In this document: positions 27,861-37,888 of the stretch, one piece after another
Layout: every line of letters begins with the position of its first letter
Numbering within the stretch: the stretch's first letter is position 1
Source: Parcubacteria group bacterium Gr01-1014_3
GTDB taxonomy: Bacteria > Patescibacteriota > Minisyncoccia > UBA6257 > WO2-44-18
Length of the DNA stretch: 64,000 bases
Direction: 5' to 3'
Assembly (NCBI GenBank): GCA_007376445.1
Contig: VMGF01000002.1
Span: 13,673 to 77,672, forward strand
Position numbers and translations under genes: made by a program
The notes under the pieces: model-generated
The model's input: the letters and a program-made list of their open reading frames with translations, nothing else
What the model was told of the DNA's origin: nothing
Database searches by the model: none

Positions 27861-29714
27861 TTATAGTTTATAAATAAAGATCGAAGTTCCGGCTCGAGCA
27901 AAAGGTTCGTCCGGATTTAGCAGCCAACGATATTCATCTTCGGGTTTACGGGTTGATCCGTCGGTAAGTTCACCCTTGGATACCTGGAGAGTATTCGCGG
28001 AAAGAGCCAGCCATTGAATGCCCTGAACTCGTGGATTGCCGCGAGCTGACCACCAGTTTTCTGCAAGATCTCCAAGATAATATTTCGGGTCTCCGCCGCC
28101 GAAATAATCTACTGCGATCCGATCAATATCGTTTTCTGGATCATCATCGCGATTAACATTATCTATATAGGTAGCGAGACGGCGGAGATCCTGCCCCCAG
28201 TCATAGTTAGAATCCACCACATTTTTATAGCCATTAGTTAAACCGCCACCGGCAAAATTAAAATAGGATAGGTAGCTTGGAGTAGCCAAAATTACCGAGG
28301 TGGCATACCAAAGCAGGAGGACGACTAGAATGGTGGTTTTTAGAGAGAGGCTGAATAATTCTTTTGATACGATAATAATTTTTAAAACTAAATTGCTTCC
28401 ACGCGCCATATTCTCAGAGCTGAGCCAGCGCTTAATCACACCAGCGGTAAGAATGTAAATAAACGGCAGGGTAGGGAGAATGTGGCGGAAGCCGATATTT
28501 AAATTTCCAAGCATCGCGTAAGTCCAATAAATAACCACGAACGACCCCATCGCGAACTCGGTGAAGTGAGTAGTTAAATACTCTTTGATCTTTACTGACA
28601 AGCTACTGCCCGACTTGAAGGTGGAGCGCAGAAGATCCCAAAACGCCAAAGCTCCGGCTAAAATAATCAAAACGAGGGAAGCGATTGGTTCCTTCAAGAG
28701 AAAAACAACTGGGAAATAATACCAGTAAGCGCTACCTGTGGTGAGCGTAGCCGAACCAGTGGAGGTTTCGCCGAGGAAATAGAGCGTGTTTCCATTCATA
28801 GACCGCTCATAGGTCATAAAAAGGCCAAGCAAATAATGACCAATCGGCCGTAAAACCGGATTTTGAATGATCCAGGCGGGGAATGAACTTAAGATGTGTT
28901 GGGTGTCGGCTAACTGGCGATCTACCGGATAGTGGAGTGTGGTGATGAAATAAGCCACATAAACGACTAATAAGGCCACTAAAGCCAACAGAATCCCGAG
29001 TTTGAAGTACCGGCCACGATCTCCGCGCCAGGCTTCCACGCTGGTATAAACCAAGGCTAAAAATAAAAAATAAGGAATTAAAATAACTGCCGAGAATTTC
29101 ATCAATAACGCCAAACCCAAAACCAAACCGGCCAACGCGGCCATTTTTTTAGTTGGGTGAAATAAAAATCGCAGAAACATCGCGGTGGCCCCGACAATAC
29201 CAAGTGTCGCCCCGATGTCGGTGGTCACATAGTGACCATGCGAAAGTACCAGCGGTGATAACCCAAATAGAAAAGTTGGCAGTAAAGCCCACCAGCGGCC
29301 GATAATCTCCTTGGCCCAAAAATAAATTATTAAAATTAACAGAAGCGTAAGGAGGATCGGCCCAAGCCTAGCCCATAGCAATATCTGATCGGCGTTATTT
29401 CCGGACTTATATAAAAACTCATCACCCAGATTCCATTCATCGTTAGCGCCCTGATTCCAGGCTAAAGATTGGAGAGGAAAATTGATTGGCTGAAAGAGTA
29501 GGGGCGCCGCGGCCAACATTTTAACCAGCGGCGGGTGTTCTGGGTTTAGCCGGTAGTCTAAAAACTTAAGATAACTATAGCCAGCGGAAATATGGGCCAC
29601 CTCATCCACAATCGCGGAGTCACTGATAGCGGCGTTAAGCATTAATACGGCCGATACAATGACTATAACCATGACAATTGACCAGCGAGCAAGGGAAATG
29701 AGCCTATCAATCAT
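27861..29714 (-). CDS. GT-C fold glycosyltransferase (GT39/PMT/ArnT-like)
   Basis: DE..H, NPEHPPLVK, many TM helices, DSNYDWGQD. Confidence 0.85.
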   Translation of the reverse strand: MIDRLISLARWSIVMVIVIVSAVLMLNAAISDSAIVDEVAHISAGYSYLKFLDYRLNPEHPPLVKMLAAAPLLFQPINFPLQSLAWNQGANDEWNLGDEFLYKSGNNADQILLWARLGPILLTLLLILIIYFWAKEIIGRWWALLPTFLFGLSPLVLSHGHYVTTDIGATLGIVGATAMFLRFLFHPTKKMAALAGLVLGLALLMKFSAVILIPYFLFLALVYTSVEAWRGDRGRYFKLGILLALVALLVVYVAYFITTLHYPVDRQLADTQHILSSFPAWIIQNPVLRPIGHYLLGLFMTYERSMNGNTLYFLGETSTGSATLTTGSAYWYYFPVVFLLKEPIASLVLIILAGALAFWDLLRSTFKSGSSLSVKIKEYLTTHFTEFAMGSFVVIYWTYAMLGNLNIGFRHILPTLPFIYILTAGVIKRWLSSENMARGSNLVLKIIIVSKELFSLSLKTTILVVLLLWYATSVILATPSYLSYFNFAGGGLTNGYKNVVDSNYDWGQDLRRLATYIDNVNRDDDPENDIDRIAVDYFGGGDPKYYLGDLAENWWSARGNPRVQGIQWLALSANTLQVSKGELTDGSTRKPEDEYRWLLNPDEPFARAGTSIFIYKL

Positions 29715-29835
29715 ATAATCAAATTATACATCCTTGTCATCGTTATCGTCATTTGCATACCAGGTAGTGAAAACTCGAGTGATGCATGGTGGTCTTGCTC
29801 GAGTTTCTACTACCTGGCATAGTTTCCGTATAATG

Positions 29836-30204
29836 ATGCGCTTTCCAAAGAATAGTCGGGAATACCACTGGACCAGCCACATCAAGGGCAAGATGGTTTT
29901 TTACCAGATCTCCGAGCAGAAAATTAAGACTATTTTAAAGTCTCCTAGCCGGAAAGAGATCGGCATCGCGCCGGAGACTTCGGCCTTTATGAAAAGAAAT
30001 GATACTCCAAAGCGAAAGCAAGAGATATGGGTGATGTTCGCGAACAATAAAAATTCCAAGCTGGAAAAAGTTAGCGCCAAAACTATTATGATCAGCGCTT
30101 GGCGGTATCCGGGCATTAGCAAGGCAGGCGATGCGATTCCTGTGCCGGAAGATATTTTGGCGGAATTAAGAGATCAGAATACTTGGCTTGGGCATCTGGA
30201 GTAA
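29836..30204 (+). CDS. hypothetical protein
   Basis: WTSH.K.KM..Y, EIWVM, ISAWRYPG; start uncertain (track gives 29734). Confidence 0.7.
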   Translation: MRFPKNSREYHWTSHIKGKMVFYQISEQKIKTILKSPSRKEIGIAPETSAFMKRNDTPKRKQEIWVMFANNKNSKLEKVSAKTIMISAWRYPGISKAGDAIPVPEDILAELRDQNTWLGHLE

Positions 30205-30243
30205 TCGCGAATATACAAATAAAAGATTTAATATTGCGAATAA
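30198..30243 (+). repeat. ~46 bp repeat, copy 2
   Basis: Matches 17408-17452 apart from one extra T. Confidence 0.9.
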
Positions 30244-30282
30244 TAATAAAACCGCTCATTTCTGAGCGGTTTGTGTTAATTG

Positions 30283-32298
30283 TCACAGATCCTTTTGATT
30301 ATCCTTTGTTTGTTCGTATCCCTTTTTTATAGAGTCTTCCACATCTTTCTCGAACTTTTCTGATGCTAGATAGGCCTCTCGGTCGGATTTCGACTTCTCC
30401 AGTCCGAGCTGATCAACGAGCGAGATAATATCTTTCTTCAGCCAGTCGTCGTAGGTGTTTTTCAGCAGGTCTTCCGCGACCTTCCGAGCCTGGTCGTCAT
30501 TGTTGCGACCAATCTCCTTGAACCAGCCTGCGATCCGTAGACGAGCTTCGGCGCAGTAATAATCGGCGAGATGGATGAAGCGATGCTTGTTGGGATTCTG
30601 CTTCAGCGCGTCAACCATATTCAAATCGTTCGCGTAGAAGCAGGCAGCGGTCATGGCGTAAAGTTCGGTAGCGATATTCGCCAGCCGCATAAAGAGCAGC
30701 TGCTTGTGCGGAAGCTTCGCGCGGTATTTGGCCGAAGACCAGATGACGGTTTTGGCTAGCTTACGAGCCATGCCGTCCACATAATCGAGGTGTCGCTTTA
30801 GTGTTCTCGTGTGAATCTGTGTATCGGTCTTGCGGCGGAAGGTGAGTCGGAATAGATCCCAGCCGAAGCCAAGAGCCGCGCCAAACTTCTTAAGCCACTG
30901 TCCCTTTTCCAGGAACACTTCGCCGCGCTTCTTATATTCATCGATACCTTCACGGATGATCCACTGACTCAAAATTTCAGACGAGCCTTCGAATATCCGA
31001 TTCGGGCGGAAATTCCGGTGAATCGCTTCGGTCGGAATCGGCGGTTCCCCGCGATTCTCCAGCGACTTCGCCGTTTCATACCCGCGTCCGCCGCGCATCT
31101 GCATCAGGTCGTCCACGATCTTCCAACCGCGTTCAGAGGCGTACACCTTGCAGGCAGCCGCTTCCATCCGGGCGTCGAGCTTATGGTCCACGCGATAAGT
31201 CGCGTACCAGCACATCGCTTCCATCGCGAAGGAATTAGCGAGACCGGGAGCGAGCATACCACTTCCAACTGCTTCGTGCTTTCCGATCTGCTTGCCCCAC
31301 TGACGACGTTCATTGCCCCACCACTTGCCGATCAGCAAGCACTGGCGGGAGATCGCCGCGCAGGATCCGGCCACCGCGAGACGTCCTGTATTCAGGGCCT
31401 CCATCGCAATCTTAAATCCGAGACCTTCCTTTTCACCAACGAGCTGTTCCTTGGGAACGTGCACGTTATTGTAGGTGATCTCGCTATTGTACATACCGCG
31501 AAGTCCTTCGAACTGACAACGCTCCCACGAAAGGCCTTCGCTGTTAGTCGGGATAATGAAGGCGCTGAAACAGGGCTTGTAGCCTTTTTCGTGAATTTCT
31601 TCAGGTTTATCGACGGTTTTCACGATCAGGCAGATGAGAGGGGAGACGCACTCCGAATCATTCTTCGCGCCGTTGGTCATCCACCACTTCTTTCCGGTGA
31701 TATGATAGCCGGTCACAACGCCGGATTCATCCTTTATCCGTACCGCGACTGTCTCCATATTTGCCGGATCGGATCCGGCACCGGATTCTGTGAATGAAAA
31801 TCCGGAGGGTGAGCTCGCGACCTTCGGCAAATACTTTTTCTTCTGTTCGTCCGTGCCGTAACCCTTGAGCGGCCATCCAAGACCGATAGAGTTCGAGGCC
31901 GAAAGCAGGGCCACTAAGGCGCCACAATAACTGGCAGTCAGCGACATTAGGCGCATGTAATCGCTCTGCGAAAGATTCTTGCCGCCGTATTCGACGGGGA
32001 TCTTCAGGCCAAAAAAGCCCTCTTCACAAAGCCACTCCATCGCGCGATTGGAAATACGATCGGTATCTTCGACGTTCTGCGGGTCAACTTCGGTCATCAA
32101 GAAATGACGAAGCTTCGCCAGCATCTTCTCGCCTTCTCGCTTTTCATCCGCGGTTTCGAAATTCTGACAAGAAGCAAAAAGTTCAAAGTTCGCTCTGCCG
32201 CGGAAAAGATCCGCCATAAAACCATCGTGCCGCTTCTTATCGCGCTGCTCTTCAGCGATCATTACGCCCTGTCCGAGCTTGGACATGTCCATGGCCAT
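30283..32298 (-). CDS. fadE: acyl-CoA dehydrogenase (long, VLCAD/ACAD9-like)
   Basis: FTESGAGSD, GKKWWMTNG, RRQWGKQIG, GGRGYE, RIFEGSSEI; AGGAG SD. Confidence 0.92.
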   Translation of the reverse strand: MAMDMSKLGQGVMIAEEQRDKKRHDGFMADLFRGRANFELFASCQNFETADEKREGEKMLAKLRHFLMTEVDPQNVEDTDRISNRAMEWLCEEGFFGLKIPVEYGGKNLSQSDYMRLMSLTASYCGALVALLSASNSIGLGWPLKGYGTDEQKKKYLPKVASSPSGFSFTESGAGSDPANMETVAVRIKDESGVVTGYHITGKKWWMTNGAKNDSECVSPLICLIVKTVDKPEEIHEKGYKPCFSAFIIPTNSEGLSWERCQFEGLRGMYNSEITYNNVHVPKEQLVGEKEGLGFKIAMEALNTGRLAVAGSCAAISRQCLLIGKWWGNERRQWGKQIGKHEAVGSGMLAPGLANSFAMEAMCWYATYRVDHKLDARMEAAACKVYASERGWKIVDDLMQMRGGRGYETAKSLENRGEPPIPTEAIHRNFRPNRIFEGSSEILSQWIIREGIDEYKKRGEVFLEKGQWLKKFGAALGFGWDLFRLTFRRKTDTQIHTRTLKRHLDYVDGMARKLAKTVIWSSAKYRAKLPHKQLLFMRLANIATELYAMTAACFYANDLNMVDALKQNPNKHRFIHLADYYCAEARLRIAGWFKEIGRNNDDQARKVAEDLLKNTYDDWLKKDIISLVDQLGLEKSKSDREAYLASEKFEKDVEDSIKKGYEQTKDNQKDL

Positions 32299-32338
32299 AG
32301 GCCATCTCCTTAAAAGAATTTGTTAAATAACCGAGTAA

Positions 32339-32367
32339 ATTGTACAACAAAAATTTAACTTTGACAA
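32339..32367 (-). promoter_or_regulatory. sigma70-like promoter for fadE
   Basis: Minus strand TTGTCA-N17-TACAAT with TG extension. Confidence 0.55.
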
Positions 32368-32503
32368 TATTCCGAAAGGGTTGCTTTTATGGCCATACGG
32401 TCATAAAAGCAACCGGGGGAAATAAACATAGAGAATAAAAAAATCCTGTTAGGTTTTCTAACAGGATTTATTGGCCACTAGTGGCTAGTCGCTAACTACT
32501 ATT

Positions 32504-34543
32504 TTAATGTTCAGCTCGGCCGATGACTCCTCGGCGATTGGGCATCATGCCACCACCGAGGATCAGGCTCAAGTCGATCATGTCAATTGATGCAATGCCA
32601 TTTTCATATATATCCATCGCCTCAAGCCACATCTTTGACAAAATAGTTTCTCTAATCGCGACTATTTCGCCGTGTAGTGAATGTTTCTTTTTTGGCATAA
32701 TATCGAGTCGCTTTGCGAATTCATAGTTAGGCTTCACGGGCTTGCCGTTCTTCCAAATATAGAATCCCTTGCCGGTCTTCGTTCCAAGCGTGGACTTATC
32801 ATCCGCGATCTTGAAGTCTTTCAGATCAGGCAAGCTCTTCGGATAAGCTGCCTGCATCATCTTCATTACATGAGCTCCCGTATCAAAGCCAATCAGGTCG
32901 AGGGTCTTAAACGGCCCCATCATCATGCCACACATCTCGAACGCCTGATCTAACATCCAAAGATTCGGTCTACTCGGCCAATAACTGACATTAAAGATGC
33001 TTTGCATCAGATACTGCGTCATCACGCGATTCACCAGAAGGCCGACGCATTCTTTATTCAGAACCACCGGCGTTTTGCCCATCGCTCGCGTCAGATTTAA
33101 AACCTTCGCGATAATTTCAGGATTCGTCTGCTTGATGCCGGCGATCTCTACCAGGTCCATTTTGTGGGCCGGATTGAAGAAGTGCATCGCGCAGAAATTT
33201 TCCGGATGCAATAACACCGACGCGATCTCGCTGGGAAGAAGCGAAGAGGTGTTGCTAACAAGTATCGCGCCAGGGCGAGTCAATTCTTCAAGCTTCGTGA
33301 ACAGTTTATGCTTTTCCGCCATATCTTCCACAATCGCTTCGATCACTATATCGCAACGACTCAGAAGGCTATGGAAAGTCTCGCCGTAACCGACCGTCAG
33401 CCGGTTGCGTGTTTCTTCTGCCACTCCCTTAATCATTTTTCCCTTCTTAACTTCACGCGCCAGCTCGTCTTCAATGAAGCGGACTGCTTTGTGAATCGAG
33501 GGGACATAGGTGTCGTGGAGATAAACTTGCTTGTTATGAGCGGTCAGCGCGGCATAAGCGATGGTGCTACCCATCACGCCCGCGCCGATAACTCCAACGA
33601 CATCCAGAGGATAAACCTTAGCCTCAAGTGGCGTCGCTTTCCTCGCGTCCTTACGGACAAAGAAAAGATCGATCAGATTTTTCGCTTCGGGGGTATTGGC
33701 CGCCTTGACGAAAAGATCGCTTTCCTCGTTCAGTCCCCGAGACAATGACTTAGAGCTAGCGCAAACCGCTTCAAGAGCAAGTAGCGGAGCAGGGTAAACG
33801 CCCTTCGTCGCTTTCAATGTCGCTTTGCGAGCCATTGAACAAACCAGCTTCTTTCCAAAAGGTAACCGTTCTAAGAATGAGACCTTACGCTTCACCGGAA
33901 GGAAAAAGTCCAGTATAACTGTTCCGAAATCGAGCTCTTCGATTGCTAATGCTTCCCATTTATCAACCAGAGAGTCGGCTAAGCCATACTGCTTCGCTTC
34001 CTTCGCCGAAAGCTTTTTGCCTCCGACGATCACCTTGATAGCATTTTGCATGCCAACGAGGCGCGGGAGAATTTGAGTTCCGCCAAAGCCAGGAATAATT
34101 CCCAGCTGGGTTTCAGGAAGTCCCAAACGAGTCTTCGGATGATCAATCACGAACCGGTAATGGCAAGCCATAGCCAGTTCCAAACCACCGCCCAGACACT
34201 CGCCAGCAATCAATGCGATGATCGGATAAGGAGCTTGCCGGATCTTCATCAGAATCTCATGCGCGCGATTTAGGAGTTGTTTGAGGTTAGAGGGATCATT
34301 AACGATCTCGCGTATCTCATCCACGTCCATACCGGCGCAAAAACTTTCAAACTTACTGGACCGGATAACCATTACTCTGGGATGATCCGTTAAGTTCACA
34401 TCCAGAACCTGATTTAGTTCCTCAAGAGCTTGCTTAGAAAGCGTATTTTGTTTTGCCTCCGGACCGCAATCAAGAGAAAGAATCCGTAGTCCTTCGCGTA
34501 TCGAAGTTCGGTATTGCCATTTCGTCAGCTTTAAGTCTTCCAT
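32504..34543 (-). CDS. fadJ: fatty acid oxidation complex alpha subunit (enoyl-CoA hydratase / 3-hydroxyacyl-CoA dehydrogenase)
   Basis: GGGLELAMAC, GLPETQLGIIPGFGG, GAGVMG, EAIVE, SNTSS, HFFNP, GTKTGKGFY. Confidence 0.92.
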   Translation of the reverse strand: MEDLKLTKWQYRTSIREGLRILSLDCGPEAKQNTLSKQALEELNQVLDVNLTDHPRVMVIRSSKFESFCAGMDVDEIREIVNDPSNLKQLLNRAHEILMKIRQAPYPIIALIAGECLGGGLELAMACHYRFVIDHPKTRLGLPETQLGIIPGFGGTQILPRLVGMQNAIKVIVGGKKLSAKEAKQYGLADSLVDKWEALAIEELDFGTVILDFFLPVKRKVSFLERLPFGKKLVCSMARKATLKATKGVYPAPLLALEAVCASSKSLSRGLNEESDLFVKAANTPEAKNLIDLFFVRKDARKATPLEAKVYPLDVVGVIGAGVMGSTIAYAALTAHNKQVYLHDTYVPSIHKAVRFIEDELAREVKKGKMIKGVAEETRNRLTVGYGETFHSLLSRCDIVIEAIVEDMAEKHKLFTKLEELTRPGAILVSNTSSLLPSEIASVLLHPENFCAMHFFNPAHKMDLVEIAGIKQTNPEIIAKVLNLTRAMGKTPVVLNKECVGLLVNRVMTQYLMQSIFNVSYWPSRPNLWMLDQAFEMCGMMMGPFKTLDLIGFDTGAHVMKMMQAAYPKSLPDLKDFKIADDKSTLGTKTGKGFYIWKNGKPVKPNYEFAKRLDIMPKKKHSLHGEIVAIRETILSKMWLEAMDIYENGIASIDMIDLSLILGGGMMPNRRGVIGRAEH

Positions 34544-35814
34544 TACTCACCCCTTTCCAGGCAAGCGGCGACACCCTGGCCGCCGCCAACACAAAGAGTA
34601 ACCAATCCGCTCGTCGCGCCGGTAAGCTCAAGTTCCTTGGCGCAGGTAAGCACCAGGCGAGCGCCACTCGCGGAAATCGGATGGCCAAGCGCGATCGCGC
34701 CGCCGTTCCGGTTAACTTTTTCCGGCGAAAGCCGGCCGAAGTTATCCTTAACCAATTCAAATTCTTTCTGCTGGGCCAAAACGACCGCGGCAAAAGCTTC
34801 GTTGGTCTCGATCACATCAATATCGTCGAGAGTGCTCCAGTCATGGCTAAAGATTTGCTTGATAGCCTGAACCGGGCCAAGGCCCATTCTTTCGGGCACA
34901 CATCCACCAATCGAAGAAAATCTTGAGTACATAGTCGCCAGGAGCGGCCAGCCATTTTTCTTGGCCAGCTCTTCGTTAACCACCATCAGCGCGACCGCGC
35001 CGTCCGTGATCTGAGAAGAATTTCCTGGCGTAACTGTGCCGCCCTTGTGGAGAGGTCGCAGTTTACTAAGAGCCGACAGATTCTGGTCGAAACGAATTCC
35101 GTTGTCCTGATCGATACCGCGGAACGGTACGATCTCGTGCTTCAGACGGCCGGAAAGCGTTGCCGCCTTCGCGCGCCGCTGAGATTCGAGAGCGAACAAG
35201 TCCTGCTCTTCGCGAGAAATCTTGTACTCCTCGGCAATCTGATCCGCGATCTCGTCCATACCCAGTTTACAAACCGGATCGGTCAGACCGATCTTGATCG
35301 ACCACTCCGGCTTATGCGGCATCATTTTCATTTTTGTCCACTCCTTCATTAAAGAAGGAAGGCGGCGCCACATCGGCGCCTTCTTGCGCGAAACCTCGTA
35401 AAGTTTCGCGAATTGGGCTCGCTGTTGGCGATTGTAGACCGCGACGTAGTCCGACATCACTTCTGATGCCACCACTAGGATGCATTTGTACAAACCAAGC
35501 TCAACATTCTTTACCGCGTCGAGCACGGCGTGAAGCCCGCTCCCGCAGTTAATGTTAACCGTCCAGGCCGGAATTCTTGGGTCGAGTCCTGCCTTGAGCA
35601 AGATCACTCGCGCCAGATTCGAGCCGTCCGGGTGAAGCACCTGATTGCCAATATTGGCGCCAACCACGCAATCACAAGATTCCTTCAGCTTCGGATAACG
35701 CTTAAAAAGCTCGCCAACCGGCGTCAAAGCCATCTCGCTCGCGGAAAGATCAGGAATTGTTCCCGCCTTCAAAAACGGCGTCCGCACTCCATCAACGATC
35801 ACTGCCTTGTTCAC
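34543..35814 (-). CDS. fadI: acetyl-CoA C-acyltransferase (thiolase)
   Basis: GVRTPF, NCGSG, NEAFA, GHPISASG, CVGGGQG; start set at GTG 35814 after AGGAG; stop overlaps the fadJ ATG. Confidence 0.9.
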   Translation of the reverse strand: MNKAVIVDGVRTPFLKAGTIPDLSASEMALTPVGELFKRYPKLKESCDCVVGANIGNQVLHPDGSNLARVILLKAGLDPRIPAWTVNINCGSGLHAVLDAVKNVELGLYKCILVVASEVMSDYVAVYNRQQRAQFAKLYEVSRKKAPMWRRLPSLMKEWTKMKMMPHKPEWSIKIGLTDPVCKLGMDEIADQIAEEYKISREEQDLFALESQRRAKAATLSGRLKHEIVPFRGIDQDNGIRFDQNLSALSKLRPLHKGGTVTPGNSSQITDGAVALMVVNEELAKKNGWPLLATMYSRFSSIGGCVPERMGLGPVQAIKQIFSHDWSTLDDIDVIETNEAFAAVVLAQQKEFELVKDNFGRLSPEKVNRNGGAIALGHPISASGARLVLTCAKELELTGATSGLVTLCVGGGQGVAACLERGE

Positions 35815-35935
35815 AAGGCGTCTCCTTAAATAGGTTTTTAAAATGTTAAAAAACCAGATAAATAGTACTAAAAATAACCCCTTTTGGCAAACCGGGAAAA
35901 TAGTGATATATTGTACTCGGTTCTTTAAGAGGTGA

Positions 35936-36427
35936 ATGATGACCGACCCAAAGCTTCGTGAGCTTGAGAAGAAGGTTAATGAACGCAAGAAGCTCGTTGA
36001 ACGGATCATGGTTTTTGTGGAAAAAGTCCTTGTAAAGCATGGCAAGGAGACATACCGCTATGAGGGGTCTTGCCATACCAACACGAAATACGAATTAAAA
36101 GCAGGGAAGTTTTTACTAAAGGGTAGTTTTGGCCAAACCCAAATGGGAGGTAATAATGTTTACATTCTTTATAAAGATAAAGAGGTTTTCCAGGTTTACT
36201 ATCAAGCCAACCTGGATGAATGTCGGGTTGATGTTTTTGAAAATGGAGCTTGGTTACCAGCCTTCCAGAAGTTGATGCATAATTTCAAAGAGGTGATTGC
36301 GAGAGTTAATAAGAAACAGAAAGACAGCGCCAGTAAATTAGAAAATAAATCGTTGATTGAAGAAAAGCGCAAGCAACTTCTAATCAAAGCTAAGCGACTT
36401 GGCTTGCCTACCGACGGGCAAGCCTGA
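35936..36427 (+). CDS. hypothetical protein
   Basis: 163 aa ORF with GAGGTG SD and a downstream CCGCGG hairpin terminator. Confidence 0.7.
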   Translation: MMTDPKLRELEKKVNERKKLVERIMVFVEKVLVKHGKETYRYEGSCHTNTKYELKAGKFLLKGSFGQTQMGGNNVYILYKDKEVFQVYYQANLDECRVDVFENGAWLPAFQKLMHNFKEVIARVNKKQKDSASKLENKSLIEEKRKQLLIKAKRLGLPTDGQA

Positions 36428-36497
36428 CCGCGGAATAATCCGCGGTTTTTTTATTTCAAAAATAAAACCGCCTACAAAAAGTAGGCGGTTAATTTTT

Positions 36498-36833
36498 TTA
36501 TTCCTTAATTCCGAAAAGTGTTTTAAATTCTTCTTCCGTTAAACCAAGCTTCTGCAGAATTTCTTTCTTCTTCCTTTTTATTTCAGCCGCTTTCTGCTCG
36601 GCGACAAGCTTCGCCTTGGCATCATCAGCCTCCGCTTTTTCCTTGGTCTTCTTATTTTCCTTATATTCGTCCCACCACTTCTTCAACCCCGGAGAAAACA
36701 GCTTTTCAAGTTTAAGTAATTCCAATTGTTCACAGAGAGGCGCTAGCAGATCATGATATTCCTTAGACAACTCCCGACACGCTTGGCCGACCGCGCGCCG
36801 CTCATTGCTTTCCCGACTAACACCGAAAGCCAT
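36498..36833 (-). CDS. hypothetical protein (KKWW..YK, LQKLGLTEEE motifs)
   Basis: SD AGGAG; terminator hairpin at about 36466-36490. Confidence 0.7.
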   Translation of the reverse strand: MAFGVSRESNERRAVGQACRELSKEYHDLLAPLCEQLELLKLEKLFSPGLKKWWDEYKENKKTKEKAEADDAKAKLVAEQKAAEIKRKKKEILQKLGLTEEEFKTLFGIKE

Positions 36834-36861
36834 ACCTGCTCCTTTCTGCCTTTCGGCTCAG

Positions 36862-37614
36862 TTAAGAACTAAACTCCGATTTGATGTAGTTTTCGAGAGT
36901 GGTCAAATCAAAGCTCGCGATTAATCTACATTCCTTACCATCCCAGCCGATAACTAAGGGGTCTATATTTAGACGACCCTCTTCCCAGGCGGCTTCTGTG
37001 ACGACAAAAACTTTATGCACATGCCATTTAGTATGTCCATTCGTTGTACACTCAGTAAAATCAAGTTGTTTAAATTCTTCTCTCGCAGTAAGAATTTTTT
37101 CACGAATTTCATATGGAATAAGCCCCTTGAATTCCATTGCCAAGTTCAATCCTCTACTTTTAGAGGGTACTATTTGAACTAAACCATCCAACATAGCCTC
37201 GCGGATAGCGTATGGCAGTCCCATGGGATATCTGATATAACTACTATTCTCTATTTGGCATACTGCTTCATAGTCATGTTCGGCGAATGGATCAAAAATC
37301 GCCAAACTTGGGAATCCCTTTTTATTTCTCCACTTAAAAACATGCGTGGAAAGCTTAGTGGGATACTTGAGTGAAATCTTTTGTTTAATTAGCTTCGGCA
37401 GGCGATTATCTATGGATTCAATACTCTTTCTGATTTTTGTTTTAGCGTGGAATTCAATTGCTAATAGCTGGTCGAGCTTCCTCTCTAAAAATTGCTTTTC
37501 TTTTATCAACTTATCGATTTCATCAATAACTTCTTCTAACTTCTCTTTCTGACTAACTTCTTTTGAGCAATACTTCAATGCCTCTTTAATAGGATTAGTA
37601 GTAATTTCGGTCAT
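36862..37614 (-). CDS. hypothetical protein with C-terminal DPLVIG...LIASFD motif
   Basis: ATG 37614 after GGGAG SD; coiled-coil N-terminus. Confidence 0.7.
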   Translation of the reverse strand: MTEITTNPIKEALKYCSKEVSQKEKLEEVIDEIDKLIKEKQFLERKLDQLLAIEFHAKTKIRKSIESIDNRLPKLIKQKISLKYPTKLSTHVFKWRNKKGFPSLAIFDPFAEHDYEAVCQIENSSYIRYPMGLPYAIREAMLDGLVQIVPSKSRGLNLAMEFKGLIPYEIREKILTAREEFKQLDFTECTTNGHTKWHVHKVFVVTEAAWEEGRLNIDPLVIGWDGKECRLIASFDLTTLENYIKSEFSS

Positions 37615-37659
37615 CGCTAGCTCCCTTCTGCCTTTCGGCATGTAAATGAACTTGCAATA

Positions 37660-37688
37660 AAATACCATTTTATATGGATTACGTCAAT
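37660..37688 (-). promoter_or_regulatory. putative promoter for the 37614 gene
   Basis: Minus strand TTGACG-N17-TATTTT with TG extension. Confidence 0.45.
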
Positions 37689-37692
37689 TCAA

Positions 37693-37730
37693 AGAAAACG
37701 CCCATCTCCACAAGGGGACAGGCGTTTTCT
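37693..37730 (-). terminator. hairpin terminator downstream of the SAM-I aptamer
   Basis: Minus strand AGAAAACGCC...GGCGTTTTCTTT. Confidence 0.7.
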
Positions 37731-37745
37731 AAGAATAAAATATTC

Positions 37746-37860
37746 ACAACGAGAAATTATCTGTCCCTAATGGGTTGGATTTAGCACCTTACGGTAAAGC
37801 AGGTTGCTGGAGCTTCATAGGGCCAAGACCCTCGGCTCACTCTTGATAATATTTCGTTGT
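37746..37860 (-). ncRNA. SAM-I (S-box) riboswitch aptamer
   Basis: Minus strand TTATCAAGAG-TGAGCCGAGGGTCTTGGCCCTATGAAGCTC-CAGCAACC...AAGGTGCTAAATCC...GATAA matches the SAM-I consensus (P1 ATC..GAT, kink-turn GAGGG/CCC.ATGA, GCAACC, GGTGC.AA.TCC). Confidence 0.88.
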
Positions 37861-37888
37861 CAAAGTTCAAGTGCTTATTACAACCGCT

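Noticed and set aside
35815-36045. N-terminal extension of the thiolase in the ORF track
   Set aside because: Overlaps the divergent gene and the promoter region; the GTG at 35814 has an AGGAG SD and matches normal thiolase starts.
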